Made by a program: the position numbers and the translations under genes. DNA of 63,952 nucleotides, counting the filler, from Chrysochromulina tobinii (Eukaryota): the NCBI GenBank assembly GCA_001275005.1. It is 5 parts of 5 records of this genome, joined end to end, with 100 filler letters (N's around TTAATTAATTAA, not from the genome) between each part and the next. Parts side by side here need not be neighbours in the genome. Positions count along the whole stretch, not along the records: positions 14,708 to 27,053 come from JWZX01001430.1; positions 27,154 to 38,911 come from JWZX01001431.1; 3 more parts are not named here. One strand, 5' to 3'. The notes beneath the pieces are model-generated. The model did not search any database. It saw nothing but the letters and a program-made list of their open reading frames with translations, and was not told the DNA's origin. Positions 18,357 through 30,369 of the stretch are shown piece by piece. Every line of letters starts with the position of its first letter. Positions within the stretch are counted from its first letter, which is position 1.

Positions 18357-21300
18357 CTACAACAGGAAGCGGTCGTCGAGCAGCGTCTTGGCAGCGATGT
18401 TGCGCGACGCCAGCTCGGAGCGCACGGCGCGTAGCACAAAGTCGAAGATGTACGCGAAGAAGATGGCGATGTACGTATTCTGGGTCGCCATGTCGAAGAG
18501 GCAGTACGTGAGCACCATGAACATGACGACGTCGTACTCACGCCCCGCGAGCAGCAGGCGCTTGAACCGCCCCTCGGTGTCTTCGAGGAAGATGGAGCGC
18601 TCGCCGTACCCCTGATGAGGGAGGCAATCAGCATGAGGAGGGAGGCTCTCAGCATGAGGGAAGCAATCAGCATGGTTTCGGTGTCCACTCAGTGATCACT
18701 CAGTGGCGATCAGAGGTAATAGGAGGCCATCAGAAGTAATAGGAGGCCATCGGAGGTAATAGGAGGCCATCAGAGGTAATAGGAGGCCATCAGAGGTAAT
18801 AGGAGGCCATCGGAGGTAATAGGAGGCCATCAGAGGTAATAGGAGGCCATCAGAGGTAATAGGAGGCCATCAGAGGTAATAGGAGGCCATCAGAGGTAAT
18901 AGGAGGCCATCAGAAGTAATAGGAGGCCATCAGAGGTAATAGGAGGCCATCAGAGGCAATAGGAGGCCATCAGAGGTAATAGGAGGCCATCGGAGGTAAT
19001 AGGAGGTCATCAGAGGTAATAGGAGGCCATCAGAGGTAATAGGAGGTCATCGGAGGTTATTCGTGTGCGGGGGGCTCGTCGGGTTTCGTCGCACCATATC
19101 GGGCGGTAGGCCGTACTGCTCGTTGCCTATTTTGGCACGCACGATCGGCTTCTCCGCAGGCGCGCCGCCCGCCGCCCGCTCATCGAGGTTGCTTGCCGCC
19201 TGCGGCGACGGCGTCGCGAGATACCCCATCAGGTACCTGTGGGGAAGGGAGGGCGCCGTGGTGAACACATGCATGCACGGCGTCGCGAGCTACCCCATCA
19301 GGTACCAGAGCAATCAGGGTTCGTCAGGGCTCATCGGGTTCGTCAGGGTTCGTCAGGGTTCGTCAGGGCGAGCACCGATTGGCTCCCGCTGGCGCTTGAG
19401 TCAATCAGTCTCAGGTTCGTCGGGGTTCGTCAGGGTTCGTCAGGGCGAGCACCGATTGAGCTCCCGCTGGCGCTTGAGTCCTTCGTCAGGCGCGGCGCGA
19501 AACCCCTTGGTGCGCACACTGACGGGACCCCGGGTCGTACGCACGTTCCGACGGCCGGGCGGCGGTCGGCGCGTCGGCTCCGCGTAGAGGACGCCCGCGA
19601 AGGCCGCGTCGTACTTTTCGCGCATCCGGCGCGAGAGGTAGATCTCGTACCTGTGGGGAAGGGGAGGGCGCCGTGGTGAGCACATGCATGCAAGGCGGTA
19701 CTTTTCGCGCAGCCGGTGCGCGAGAGGTAGAATCTCATCTCGTATGTACGTTTGTACGTTCGAGTCCGGTGTGAAGCCGCGCGTCGTGACGAGGCTCTCG
19801 GCCTGTGGGGAAAGCGAGGGCGCCGGGGTGAGCACATGCATGCAAGGCGGAGGAGGGCTTCCATTCGAAGAGCGCTGTGGTGAGCGCCTCGAGCTTGAGG
19901 TTGGCGTTGAGGTGCGCCATGTCGGCGATCAACAGCAATCAGCAGCAATCAGTAGCAATCAGCCGCACTCACCTCGAGCTTGAGGTTGGCGTTGAGCTGC
20001 GCCATGTCGGCGTCCGCGTGATCGTGCGCCGAGCGCCCGTGCAGATAGAAGCCGAAGTGCTTCTCCTCGAGCAGGATGCAGCTGATGTTGGTCACCTGAT
20101 GAGGGGCGCAATCATTCGCAATCTGTGAGGCAATGAGTGGCAATCCCCTCGAGCACGATGCAGCTGATGATGGTCACCGCGAGCAGATCGACAAACTTCC
20201 CACAGGGCTCGTCAGGGTTCGTCAGGGTTCGTCAGGGTTCGTCAGGGCTCGTCAGGGCTCGTCAGGGCACGTCAGGGCTCTCACCGCGAGCAGATCGACG
20301 AACTGCCACACCCTGTCCTTGATGCGACGCTGCCAGAAGGCCCACATGAACAGGTACTGGGAGAGGGAGGCTGCGAGGAGGAGGCCGGTCGAGAGGGCGA
20401 AGCGCAAGAGCATGTGCTCGGGCGTCGAGGCGTCGCCGTTGCCTTTCGGGACGAGGCGGATGGCGTCCACTAGCCCCAACCCCTCCTGCGCATGGCGATC
20501 CGAGGTGATCCGAGGCGATCAGAAGCGATCAGAAGCGATCAGAGGTCCTCAGAGGCCCTCAGAGGTAATAAGAGGCGATAAGAGGCGATCTGAGGCAATC
20601 CGAGGCGATCTGAGTCAATCAGAGTCAATCCGCGGCGATCCGCGGCGATCCGAGGCAATCACGTACCTGGACGAAGAGGAGGACGAGGAGGCTGAGCTCG
20701 CTCGAGATCGTGCGAGCATCCTGTGGGGAGAGGGGGGGAGGCGCCGTGGTGAGCACTTGCATGCGCCTCGGGAGAGAGCCTCAGTGACGATCCGACTGAC
20801 CTGCAGCTTGACCCACTCGTTGGCGACGAAGATCGTGCGCCACACGGAGACGGGCGTGCTGCCGCCACCTGCGTGGGGCGGGGGGGAGCGCCGTGGTGAG
20901 CACGTGCATGCACGGAGACGGACGAGATGCTGCTGTTACCGATCTTTTCGCCCGCGTCCTCCTCATCTTTGGCCCCGACGCCGGCGGAGCGCGGCTGCCG
21001 AACACGAGGAGGACAGAGGGGGTCAGTGGCTGATGAGGGAAGCCATCAGTGGCTGATGAGGGAGGAAATCAGAAGGTGCTCACCTGCTCCCAATCAGGGG
21101 CAATCAAGCGTAATCCAGCATAATCAAAAGGTCCTCACCTGCTCCCAATCAGGGGCAATCAAGCGTAATCCAACGTCATCCAAAGTGGCTCACCTGCTCC
21201 CAATCGATGAAGAAGAGGTCGTGCTGCGTCTGCACGAGGAGCAGGTCGATCATTTGGAGGCACTGGGCGATGAAGAGGATGATGATGAAGACCTGGAAGG

Positions 21301-24300
21301 GCATCCACGGGCCGACCATGTACATGCTGTCGAGCGGGCGGGCGACGGGCATGAAGAAGAAGAGTTCGTTCTGAGCTTTGTAGAGGATCATCCACCACGT
21401 ACAGATGAAGTACAAGAGGAAGAAGAAGACGGTGGCGAAAGCACCCGCAACCTGGAAGACCACATCAGGAAGACCACGCGGTGACACGTTGCCATATTAG
21501 GCGACGAGCCGTCAGGAGCAATTAGGGCAGCGCAATCAGCGCAATCAAGCGCCGTCCTGGGCACCTGGCAGAGGACGCGGTGGTAGTCGCCGAAGTTGCC
21601 CGAGGTGCGCTGCACAAGCACGTACACGTAGATGGCCGAGAGGATGAGGCAGAGCACGATGGCGATGATGAAGAGCATATTGATCGTCTGGTCCGAAGGT
21701 TGCCATATTAGGCAATTAATGTGTGTCAGAGAGAGCCAATCATGGGCACCATCAATGGTAATCAAGGGCAATCAGCGCACCTGGCCCGAGTTCTCGAACT
21801 CAAGGGTAATCAAAGGTAATCAAGGGCAATCAGCGCACTTGGTCCGAGTTCTCGAACTCAAGGGTAATCAAAGGTAATCAAGGGCAATCAGCGCACCTGG
21901 TCCGAGTTCTCGAACTCCATCGTGTATGTCATCCGGAAGAGTGCCGGAGCAATCACGCCAGATCGCTCGAGCTCAGCCTCAAACTCGAGGGGTGACGTGG
22001 CGGCGGCGGGCTTGATGATGTCCGCGTACTCGATCTCGAGCTGGGGAGGTAGCATCTGCCGAGGGAGGTGATCAGAGGCAATCAAGGGAGCTTCGATCTC
22101 GAGCTGGGGAGGAAGCATCTGCCGAGGGAGGTGATCAGAGGTCATCGTAGGCTATCAGAGGCAATCAAGGGAGCTGGGGAGGAAGCATCTGCCGAGGGAG
22201 GCGATCAGAGGTCATCGTAGGCTATCAGAGGCAATCAAGGGAGCTGAGGAGGAAGCATCTGCCGAGGGAGGCGATCAGAGGTCATCGTAGGCTATCAGAG
22301 GCAATCAAGGGAGCTGAGGAGGAAGCATCTGCCGAGGAGGTGATCAGAGAGGCCATCAGCAGCACTCACCTGTGAAGGTGTCCCGTCGTTGCTCTTGACG
22401 ATGATTGTGAGCTTTGCCGAGCGTAGGTAACGCACCTGATGAGGGAGGCAATCCGAGGCTCATTAGTGCTCATCAGAGGAGCTGCCGCCGAGCGTAGGTG
22501 ACGCACCGCCTCGGGAAGCTTGCCCGAGGCTCATTAGTGCTCATCAATGCTCATTAGTGCTCATCAGTGCTCATCAGGTACGCACCGCCTCGGGAAGCTT
22601 GCCCGAGCTCGCACCGCCGCCGCCAGCTGAGACGCCCGAGACGGCGTCGAGCACGTAGAAGCGGCGCGTGAGCTGATCGTCAGTCGTGAGTCCCCCCGGC
22701 TTGTTGACGACCTGTGCGTTGCGCTTGTAGTTGGTCACCCGCACCGGGATCGGGTAGAGGAAGCATGAGCCGCTCGACGCGGCGGAGGTGGTCGAACCAG
22801 GGGGAGGGGGCGACGTGGCGGAGGTGGTTGACGCGCCGCCCTGAGCACAAGCTCGCCCGAGCTCCTCGATGGGTGTGAGCGAGTGCTCCCCGGTTTCGTC
22901 ATAGTAGAGGTACCTGATGAGGGGAGGCAATCAGTGGCTGATGAGGGAGGCAATCCGCGACCCTCAGTGGCCATCAAGATGCCCTCGATTTCGCACACAG
23001 GTGCCATCAAGAGGCGATCAAGAGGGTCATCAGGCACGTACATGTCGTACAGCACCACGTCGGTTCGCTGCGAGAGGAGCCTCAAGGCGGGCACCTGTGG
23101 GGAGAGGACGCCGTGGTGAGCACTTGCATGCTGGGGTGGTATCGTCGTCGGTTCACGAGAGGCGCGCAAGGCGAGCTCAAGGCGAGCTCAAGGCGAGCTC
23201 GCACGCACCTCGCACGCGAGCTCCAAATCGGTACCGACATTGAGGAAGGCGGACGGGTCCGATGCACCGCCAGGGCAGAGCTGAAGCTGATCGGAGAGCT
23301 CCTGCGAGATGATGAGGGAGGCAATCAGGGAGGTAATCAGGGAGGTAATCAGGGAGGTCATCAGAGCTGAAGCTGATCGGAGAGCTCCTGCGAGATGATG
23401 AGGGAGGCAATCAGGGAGGTAATCCTCCTGCGAGATGATGGATGAGGGAGGCAATCAGAGGCTCCAGCAGGCCGAAATACAGGCCGAAATACAGGCCGAG
23501 ATACAGGCCGAGATACAGGCCGAGATACAGGCCGAGATACAGGCCGAGAAACGTGCCCTTCCAGCACTCGACGCGCAATCGATGCGCAATATTTGCGCAA
23601 TATTTGCGCAATCAATGCGTACTCTAGGCGCACTCAAGGCGCACTCAAGGCGCACTCGAGGCGTACCTGCAGGCCGAGGTACGTGCCGTTCAGGCTGTAG
23701 GCTGCCAGCAGAAAGCGCAGCCTCGAGCCGGCCGCCATAGGCAGCGCGAGTGTGAACGGGATGGACGGTGCTGCGCGCGTGATCGCTTGGTCGCCCCGAT
23801 CGTAAAAGAGGCCGGGGAGAAACCGCACCTGTGGGGAGAGAAGGGCGCCGTGGTGAGCACATGCATGCTTGGTCGCCCCGATCGTAGAAGAGGCCGGGGA
23901 GAAACCGCACCTGTGGGGAGAGAAGGGCGCCGTGGTGAGCACATGCATGCTTGGTCGCCCCGATCGTAAAAGAGGCCGGGGAGAAACCGCACCTGCATGC
24001 CAGTGGGGAGGGCCATGAGCATGAGCGCGATCTTAGTAAGGAAGGGCACTTGGGCATGCATGCAATCACGCACCCATTCTTCGTTGCTGTCGACCGAGTT
24101 GAGCGCGTTCGAGGCCTTCAGATACTCGAACGCCTTGCATGCATCATTGTCTTCATCGTAGTTGGCGAGCACGCACCTGTGGGGAGAGCAGGGCGCCGTG
24201 GTGAGCACTTGCATGCATAATTGTCTTCATCGTAGTTGGCGAGCACGCACAGGTTGCCGACGGCCTGGCATGCCCGGGTGCCCGCGAGGAGCGTCTGTCG

Positions 24301-25092
24301 GTTCGGCTCCGGCGCGGCGATCGCACGCCGGCACGCGGCAAAATTGGGCTCGAAGAGTTGCATGATGGCTATCGAATCCGTCACGCTCTCAGAGAGGCTG
24401 GCTCCTTGTCCAGGGAGGATGGCGTCGAAATCCTTCTTGAAGTCGAGGCGGATGCTGTCCGGCCGCGTGCTGCCTTCGGGCTGGTACACGCACGACTCGT
24501 CACGCCCCCAGAGCCCGCCGGTGTGAAGCCGGTTTGTGAAGGCCGGCGACGGGCACGCGCACACGTAGCCTGACGTGGCAGTCGCCTGCATGAGCGCATC
24601 GGAGCAGTCGACGCAGACGCCATTGGAGGGCTGCTGGCCAGTGGGACAACGCCGGCACTCAAAGCTCGGCAGCAGTGCGCCGTTCTCGTCGCGTTCCACG
24701 AGCACTTGGCCCGATCCGGCCGGGCACCCGCACGTTCTGCGCACGAATCCGGGCACGATCTGGCTTGTGTAGATCGTCGAAGTGCCGTTGCACAAGAGGC
24801 AGCTCCGACCATCGCGCGTCGCGGCTTGGTTTGCCGGGCATGCGTTGCACGAACCCGTCGTCGTGTCACCGTCCGAGAGCGCCCTGCTCCCCGAGCACTG
24901 GCATGAAGTGCCGAGCGAGTCGGGCGCGGTATTCGTAGGGCAATCGTAGCAGCGGAGCGTGGAGACGTCGAGATACTGGTTCGGGCCCGTGCATGCCGGG
25001 TAGGAGAAGGCGTCGTACTGGCCGCGAGCCGCAGGCGGCAGCGCGACGAGAAGCAGCAGGCGCAAGTCGAGAGCCTTCATGAGTTCCTTCAT
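18357..25092 (-). CDS. TMEM67: Meckelin (TMEM67/MKS3), ciliary transition-zone protein; 19 exons, 1111 aa
   Basis: Cys-rich N-terminus, ACQAVGNLCVL, HDLFFIDWE, VSVWRTIFVANEWVKLQ, QFVDLLAVTNIS, GFYLHGRSAH, RNIAAKTLLDDRFLL*. One continuous frame results from removing introns 24177-24250, 23829-24073, 23302-23666, 23095-23208, 22914-23041, 22436-22585, 22056-22369, 21688-21896, 21452-21564, 20995-21193, 20869-20939, 20721-20800, 20486-20666, 20096-20284, 19803-19972, 19651-19749, 19237-19452, 18612-19094. Confidence 0.93.
18709..19060. repeat. Intronic 20-bp minisatellite (AGGAGGCCATCAGAGGTAAT), ~17 copies
   Basis: Directly visible tandem array inside the last meckelin intron. Confidence 0.95.
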
Positions 25093-26639
25093 GGGCCTGA
25101 CGAGAGGGTCGAAGCGCGTTGTATCGAGCCTCGGCGGCCTCCGGAACCTCGGAGGGCCCGGTTTTGAGTCACAATGCCGAGGGGCCACCTCCCGGTACTG
25201 AGAAACCAAAAATCACGACCGGGCATGCAAATGTATTACTGTGAACACGTCCGTGATCAATTATGTCAATGTGGTCGATCGGCAGCGTGGCGCGCTGGCT
25301 TTACGGCGGGTTAACACGGCCAAAATTAGGTCAACAACGTGGACATGACGCTGGTGCCCGGGTCTGGTGCATGGCGACCACGCCAAGGCCAACGAGCACG
25401 CTTCTAATCAACATATGAAGCGCTGGCGCTTGCCAAGCTCACTACTGGTGATCGCAACCGCTCACCACGCCCGCGCCCGCATGATCGCGTCTCACAGCTG
25501 GACACACACGCACATTTTTCATAATCTGCACACGAACGTACGACTGCACACATGAGCGTACACACACACGCATGTGCCCTTGAGCCAACCTCTCTTTCCA
25601 TCGCCGAATACCATGCCGAAGACACATTCAACACCTCATCACCATCTGACGCCCTCCTCAACTTAATCGCCTAATCCTCTTCGTCGTCGTCGCTGCTGCT
25701 GCTGCTGCTGCTGTGCGCAGGCGGGCGGGCAACATCATCACTATCGCCATCATCGTCACTCTCGTCTGTCTGACTGTCTCGCTCCGGCCCACGCCGTAGT
25801 CACACTCGGCCGCCTGCCTCCTCCTCATCTTCCTCCGCCTGTTTGTATATTCCAAGTATAGCGATGCCGACTCGTAAAAATTGAAAATATGCGATGGGGA
25901 TGGCCGATGCGCGCGACCCCCGAAGTTCGGGTCTAGTTCGGGTCCCGAACGCGGAACACCGGCGCGGTAGCGCCGCGCCAGGTCGTACGTGGTCGGAGAT
26001 CAGACACGCCTGTCGCCTCGCCTTCACGGCGGAGTCAGACCGGAGAGGAGACGGACCCGCGCCGGACCGACGACATAATTTTGATACATGATCTCTCACA
26101 TGATCTCATGATGCGATGAAATGTGTCCCCGTCGAAGTAGCATGTACGATGAAGAGGAGTTGAGGACCAGCGCAGCCACGCTGGGGCAGTCGTGGTAAAG
26201 GTGGTATACACCGGCGTCGCGCTCACCGTCCACGCCGTGCCGGTGCGGCTCTACGCGAGTACGCGTTCGTGTACGTTCCACGCGCGACATCGGTATCCGG
26301 CATGGTTATCAATCCGGATAATTGTTTCCCCGGCGGGGCGCGCGCGGTCGGGCGGGTGCGCGGGCCGGGCGGCGGCGGTCCGCGCTCCCGCGTCGTGTGA
26401 CACGTGCGCCCGGGGCGTTCACCACCCGACCCCCGGCCGGGAGATAATTCGAGTACACCAGTGAACTATACGGATACAGTACGGTACCGGTCGAGAGTTA
26501 CGAGTAGTGTTACGCGTTAAGCACCCTGAGCATCCGCCCCCACTCCGCACTCGCCACTCGCCCCACGCCCCGCCACCGAACACCGCGACACGGACACTCA
26601 CACAGAGGACACCAGGACTCGCGTCATCGTCAACCTGCA

Positions 26640-27008
26640 CTCTCACGCCAACATCTCCTTCAAATTCTCCCACCGCAATACAGGGGGTCCCACCAATTGG
26701 TTGGGTAGCTTGTTCAGTAACAAATCTCTGTGCATCTAACTGTGCAGCAGCATGGTGGTACAGTCGATGAGCGGCGCTGGCTGTGTGGGTGTTGGCACCA
26801 GTGGCACCCGGCCCGTGGTGACGTACTCGTTGTACAAGGAGGTCGGTGGGTTCTTGTGCTCACTTGTAAAAGGGCAGCCGCAGAGGTGGGACTGTAATCT
26901 TCCTGTACTCGTCAATTTCGGCAGTCCACGTTGCGCACTGGAACGCACTGCAAATGCACAATAATAGGGATTGGGGGAATTTTCAATACAAGAAAAGGGA
27001 ATTTTCAA
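26640..27008 (-). pseudogene. Degraded coding relic of a dispersed repeat (possible TE), second copy at 31953-32050
   Basis: ~95 bp shared between two contigs. Both copies end in a similar peptide (GPPVLRWENLKEMLA* / GPPELRWGNLKGMSA*). In-frame TAG at 26736-26738. Confidence 0.4.
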
Positions 27009-27053
27009 TACAAGATATCATTATATATCATCTTATATCTTGATTATATCATT

Positions 27054-27153
27054 NNNNNNNNNNNNNNNNNNNNNNNNNNNNNNNNNNNNNNNNNNNNTTA
27101 ATTAATTAANNNNNNNNNNNNNNNNNNNNNNNNNNNNNNNNNNNNNNNNNNNN
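27054..27153. other. Artificial contig linker
   Basis: 44 N + TTAATTAATTAA + 44 N. Confidence 0.98.
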
Positions 27154-27580
27154 CGCCCGGCTGCCGACCCGCCCGCGAGGAATGAGCCCGCGGAGCGTGG
27201 TCGCGCCTGTGAGTTATTAGTGCCATTTCTTCTACAGACTCTCTCTTCTCTCCTTCTCCTTCCTTTCCCTTCTTCTTCTTTTTCTTTTATTTCTTCAACC
27301 GTTAGAAAAACGCCGCCGACTTCCGGAAGAGTGCCCGCGCAGTTTGGTAACCGCCGATTACGGTTCTCATTCGCGATCCCATGGAACTTGAAATTTGTTC
27401 TCACGACAGATCCCCCACTTGCCACCGTTTAAAGCGCGCAGTGGTTCATGCGAACAGCCGTACAGCCCACTGCGCTGCCCAGAGGCCGTCCGCTCCCACG
27501 AGTCACGATGCGAAACGCGGAGAGCTCTCTGGGCGCCATGCTGGGCGCCGGGCACACGCACGCAGCCGCCGCTGGCTCGC

Positions 27581-28762
27581 TTAGTACCCGGGGACGCGGA
27601 TTTCGTCGGGGCTCATGTCGAGAATGCGCAGCCCGCGCCTGTCGGCCACCGCCTGCGCCGAAGAGCAGCGCTGGAGGGCATTGACTAGGGCGTACGCGAC
27701 GGTCGTCGGGTTGCGAGATCCGTGAATCTTAACGGAGACGTCCGAGATCCCAAAGGCGCTCAGCAGCTTCCACACGACCCAGCTGCATCGCGTGCCGCTG
27801 CCCGGGCGGCGCAGCCTCATCACGAGCTTCGTGCGCGCGAACCGCTCGTCGAAGGCATGGAACATAGTGCGCTGATCGAAGCGCTCGATGTGCACGAGGT
27901 TCTTGCGAGCGGCGACTGTCGCCTTGTACAGGGCGTTGCCCGCGACAACGTCCTTGCCCATCCCGATGCCCGCGGTCCCCTGCCCGTTGCCCACCACCAC
28001 CAGCGTCGAGTACGAGCCGCGCTTCGTCTCCGACATCGATTTGGAGACTCGCCGGTTGTTGAGCATGTACCCGAAATACTGTCCATCGGGCAGCCCACCG
28101 GACTCACGGAGCTTGAGAGAGTCGTGGAAGGAGCGCGCGATTTGGAGGTTGCGCGCGAGGTCCTCCTTGAACAGCTCCTCCGAGTTCAGCCCCTCGGCGA
28201 AGTCTTCGAGCGGGGGCATCGACGGCGGCGGCAGCAGACCCTCAGGCCCAAGGTCCTCGAGCAACTCAAGCAGCTCCGCGCGCCGCGCCGGCTCGACATC
28301 CGGCTGCGCGAGGAGCGCGGCGCGGGCGCGCTTGGCCCGCTCAGCACCCGAGCGGCTGCCCGATTCGGGCACCGCCGAGCCCGTGCGCAGCGCCGTCTCG
28401 CCGTCAAGCCAGAGGTACTCGTCGCCGTCGCCCTCGGCGAGGGTGAGCGCGTCGTCGGCGAGGAAGTACTCGTCGTCGTCGAGGTCGACTCCGCGCACCT
28501 CGGACTTCGCCTTCATGCCCTTCTGCTTGGAGCCCATGCCTATCCTAATACTGTCCTTTTTTCTGTCCTGGTCAAAGCCGACGTCCTGCCAAAACTCCTG
28601 CTGCGAGAGTCCGCCCCACTTGGCCCAGAAGTTGCGCTTGCGCCGCTTGCCCTCGGGCGTCTCGCTCGGTGGCACGTAGCAAAGCGTCCGCGCGCGCGGC
28701 GCGGCGACGCAGCGCAGCGCCGGAGGCGTCGCGCGCAGGGAGCCGAGTAAGCTCCTTCGCAT
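27581..28762 (-). CDS. MRPS5: Organellar (probably mitochondrial) ribosomal protein uS5
   Basis: YSTLVVVGNGQGTAGIGMGK, ARKNLVHIERFDQRTMFH, AFGISDVSVKIHGSRNP; Arg-rich presequence-like N-terminus MRRSLLGSLRATPPALR. Confidence 0.85.
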   Translation of the reverse strand: MRRSLLGSLRATPPALRCVAAPRARTLCYVPPSETPEGKRRKRNFWAKWGGLSQQEFWQDVGFDQDRKKDSIRIGMGSKQKGMKAKSEVRGVDLDDDEYFLADDALTLAEGDGDEYLWLDGETALRTGSAVPESGSRSGAERAKRARAALLAQPDVEPARRAELLELLEDLGPEGLLPPPSMPPLEDFAEGLNSEELFKEDLARNLQIARSFHDSLKLRESGGLPDGQYFGYMLNNRRVSKSMSETKRGSYSTLVVVGNGQGTAGIGMGKDVVAGNALYKATVAARKNLVHIERFDQRTMFHAFDERFARTKLVMRLRRPGSGTRCSWVVWKLLSAFGISDVSVKIHGSRNPTTVAYALVNALQRCSSAQAVADRRGLRILDMSPDEIRVPGY

Positions 28763-28946
28763 GCCTCGCAGCCACGCTCTTCTAGAACTTGATCCGGCTC
28801 GCAATCGCAATGGCGCTTCGTCGATAAGGTCTCGACTGGGGCCCTAGGGGAGGCTTCGTCGTGTGTGTTGATCTGGAACGACCTCAAAAGCGAGACATTT
28901 GCGTGTTTCCCGGATCGGCGACCTCTGCTCGTCAAGCTCCCGGCCC

Positions 28947-30334
28947 ATGGTGCTCGAGCTGCTGCTGTTGCTCTTGCCACACGTGGCGGCCGCCTCGGTG
29001 GCGGCGCCTGCCTGGCAGCTCACCACGCCGCTACGGAGGCACGCGCCGCCGCAGCTGGCGCTCGCGCCGGCGGAGGTCCGCCCGCGACGCCGGCAGCAGA
29101 GGGAGGATGCGAGAGTGGCGGTGCGCTTTGTGCCTTCCTTCAAGGCGGCGCAGCGTGCGCGTGGCGTCGTGCACGGCTCCGGCGACTCGTCCGAGTACGT
29201 GGTCACGCCGCGCGCCTCGCCTGCCGAGATCCGGGCCATGCTCAACGGCCTGTGCTCGACAGGACAGCTCGAGCCGGCGATCTCGCTGCTCGCCCACCGG
29301 TTGGCGACGTCCGCGCGCGGAAGCGATGCCGAGGGTCTTTCGAGCATCGTGCTCAACGCGTGCGCCAATGCCGGCCGGATGGACCTCACCCGCGGCGTGC
29401 TCACGGCGATGCGTGAGCACCATGTGCCCATCGGCCTGCTCACGTTCTGCATCCTCATCAAGGGATATGGCCGGGCAGGCGACGTGGATCGTGTGACGCG
29501 CACGTACACGGCGATGCAGCAGCTGCGGCTCGCGCCCGACCTGGCGACCCTCAACGCGCTGCTCGACGCGTACGCACGCAACGGGCGGCTTGCCGAGGCC
29601 GAGGGAGTGCTTGTCGAGATGGACAAGGCAGCTGTCGAGCCGTCGAGCCGAACTTACAACACGTTGATCAAGGGCTACTCGAACGCGCACCGGCTGCAGG
29701 AGGCGTTCGGCGTGGTGCGCCGGATGCGGAGCGCACTTGGCCCGAACGGGCCGAATGAAGTCACCTACTCGACGCTCATCCACGCGTGCGTGCGCGATGG
29801 GCAGCTCGGGCGTGCGCGTACAATCCTTTCGTGGCTCGGCGACGATGCCAACCCACTGCGGCCCGACGTGTGGGCGTACACGGCGCTGCTGCGCGGGCTG
29901 CTCGCGGACAGCGGCGGGGGCGCGCGGCGCGTGGACGAGGCGCTCGCCCTGCTGGACGAAATGCTCAAGCTCGGCGTCAGTCCGAACGAGGCGACCGTCT
30001 CGACGCTCATCACCGGCTGCTTCGATCGAGGCAATGTGAGTGCTGCGCGCGAGGCGGCTGACACTGTGCGCACGCATGCATCGCAAGTGGGCGACGCGCG
30101 GCTCGCACTCGCGACGGACGAGGCGATGATCGTCGGGCTGTGCCGGCCGCGCCAGCCAACGTCGGCGGCCGATGACGCGAGTCATCAGGTCTCCCTACCA
30201 CTCGACACGGGACGCGCGCGAGATCCGCAGAGACTGCGCGACGCGCTCCGCCTCTTTGTGAGCTGCCAGAGCAGCAGCGTGAGCCGGGGCAACAGCGCGA
30301 GCCGCAGCCCGAACGGTGGCGGCGCCAGCAGCGG

Positions 30335-30369
<35 letters not shown>

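Noticed and set aside
23785..23994. Repeat-spacer-like pattern suggesting CRISPR
   Set aside because: The would-be spacers are near-identical copies of the adjacent exon start; explained as intron units.
26318..26450. Possible MITE with imperfect terminal inverted repeats
   Set aside because: The match is short, GC-rich and imperfect, with no clear TSD or second copy.
28763..28946. Head-to-head uS5/PPR pair as a functional organellar gene cluster
   Set aside because: Short divergent spacers are common in compact algal genomes, and the two proteins appear targeted to different organelles.
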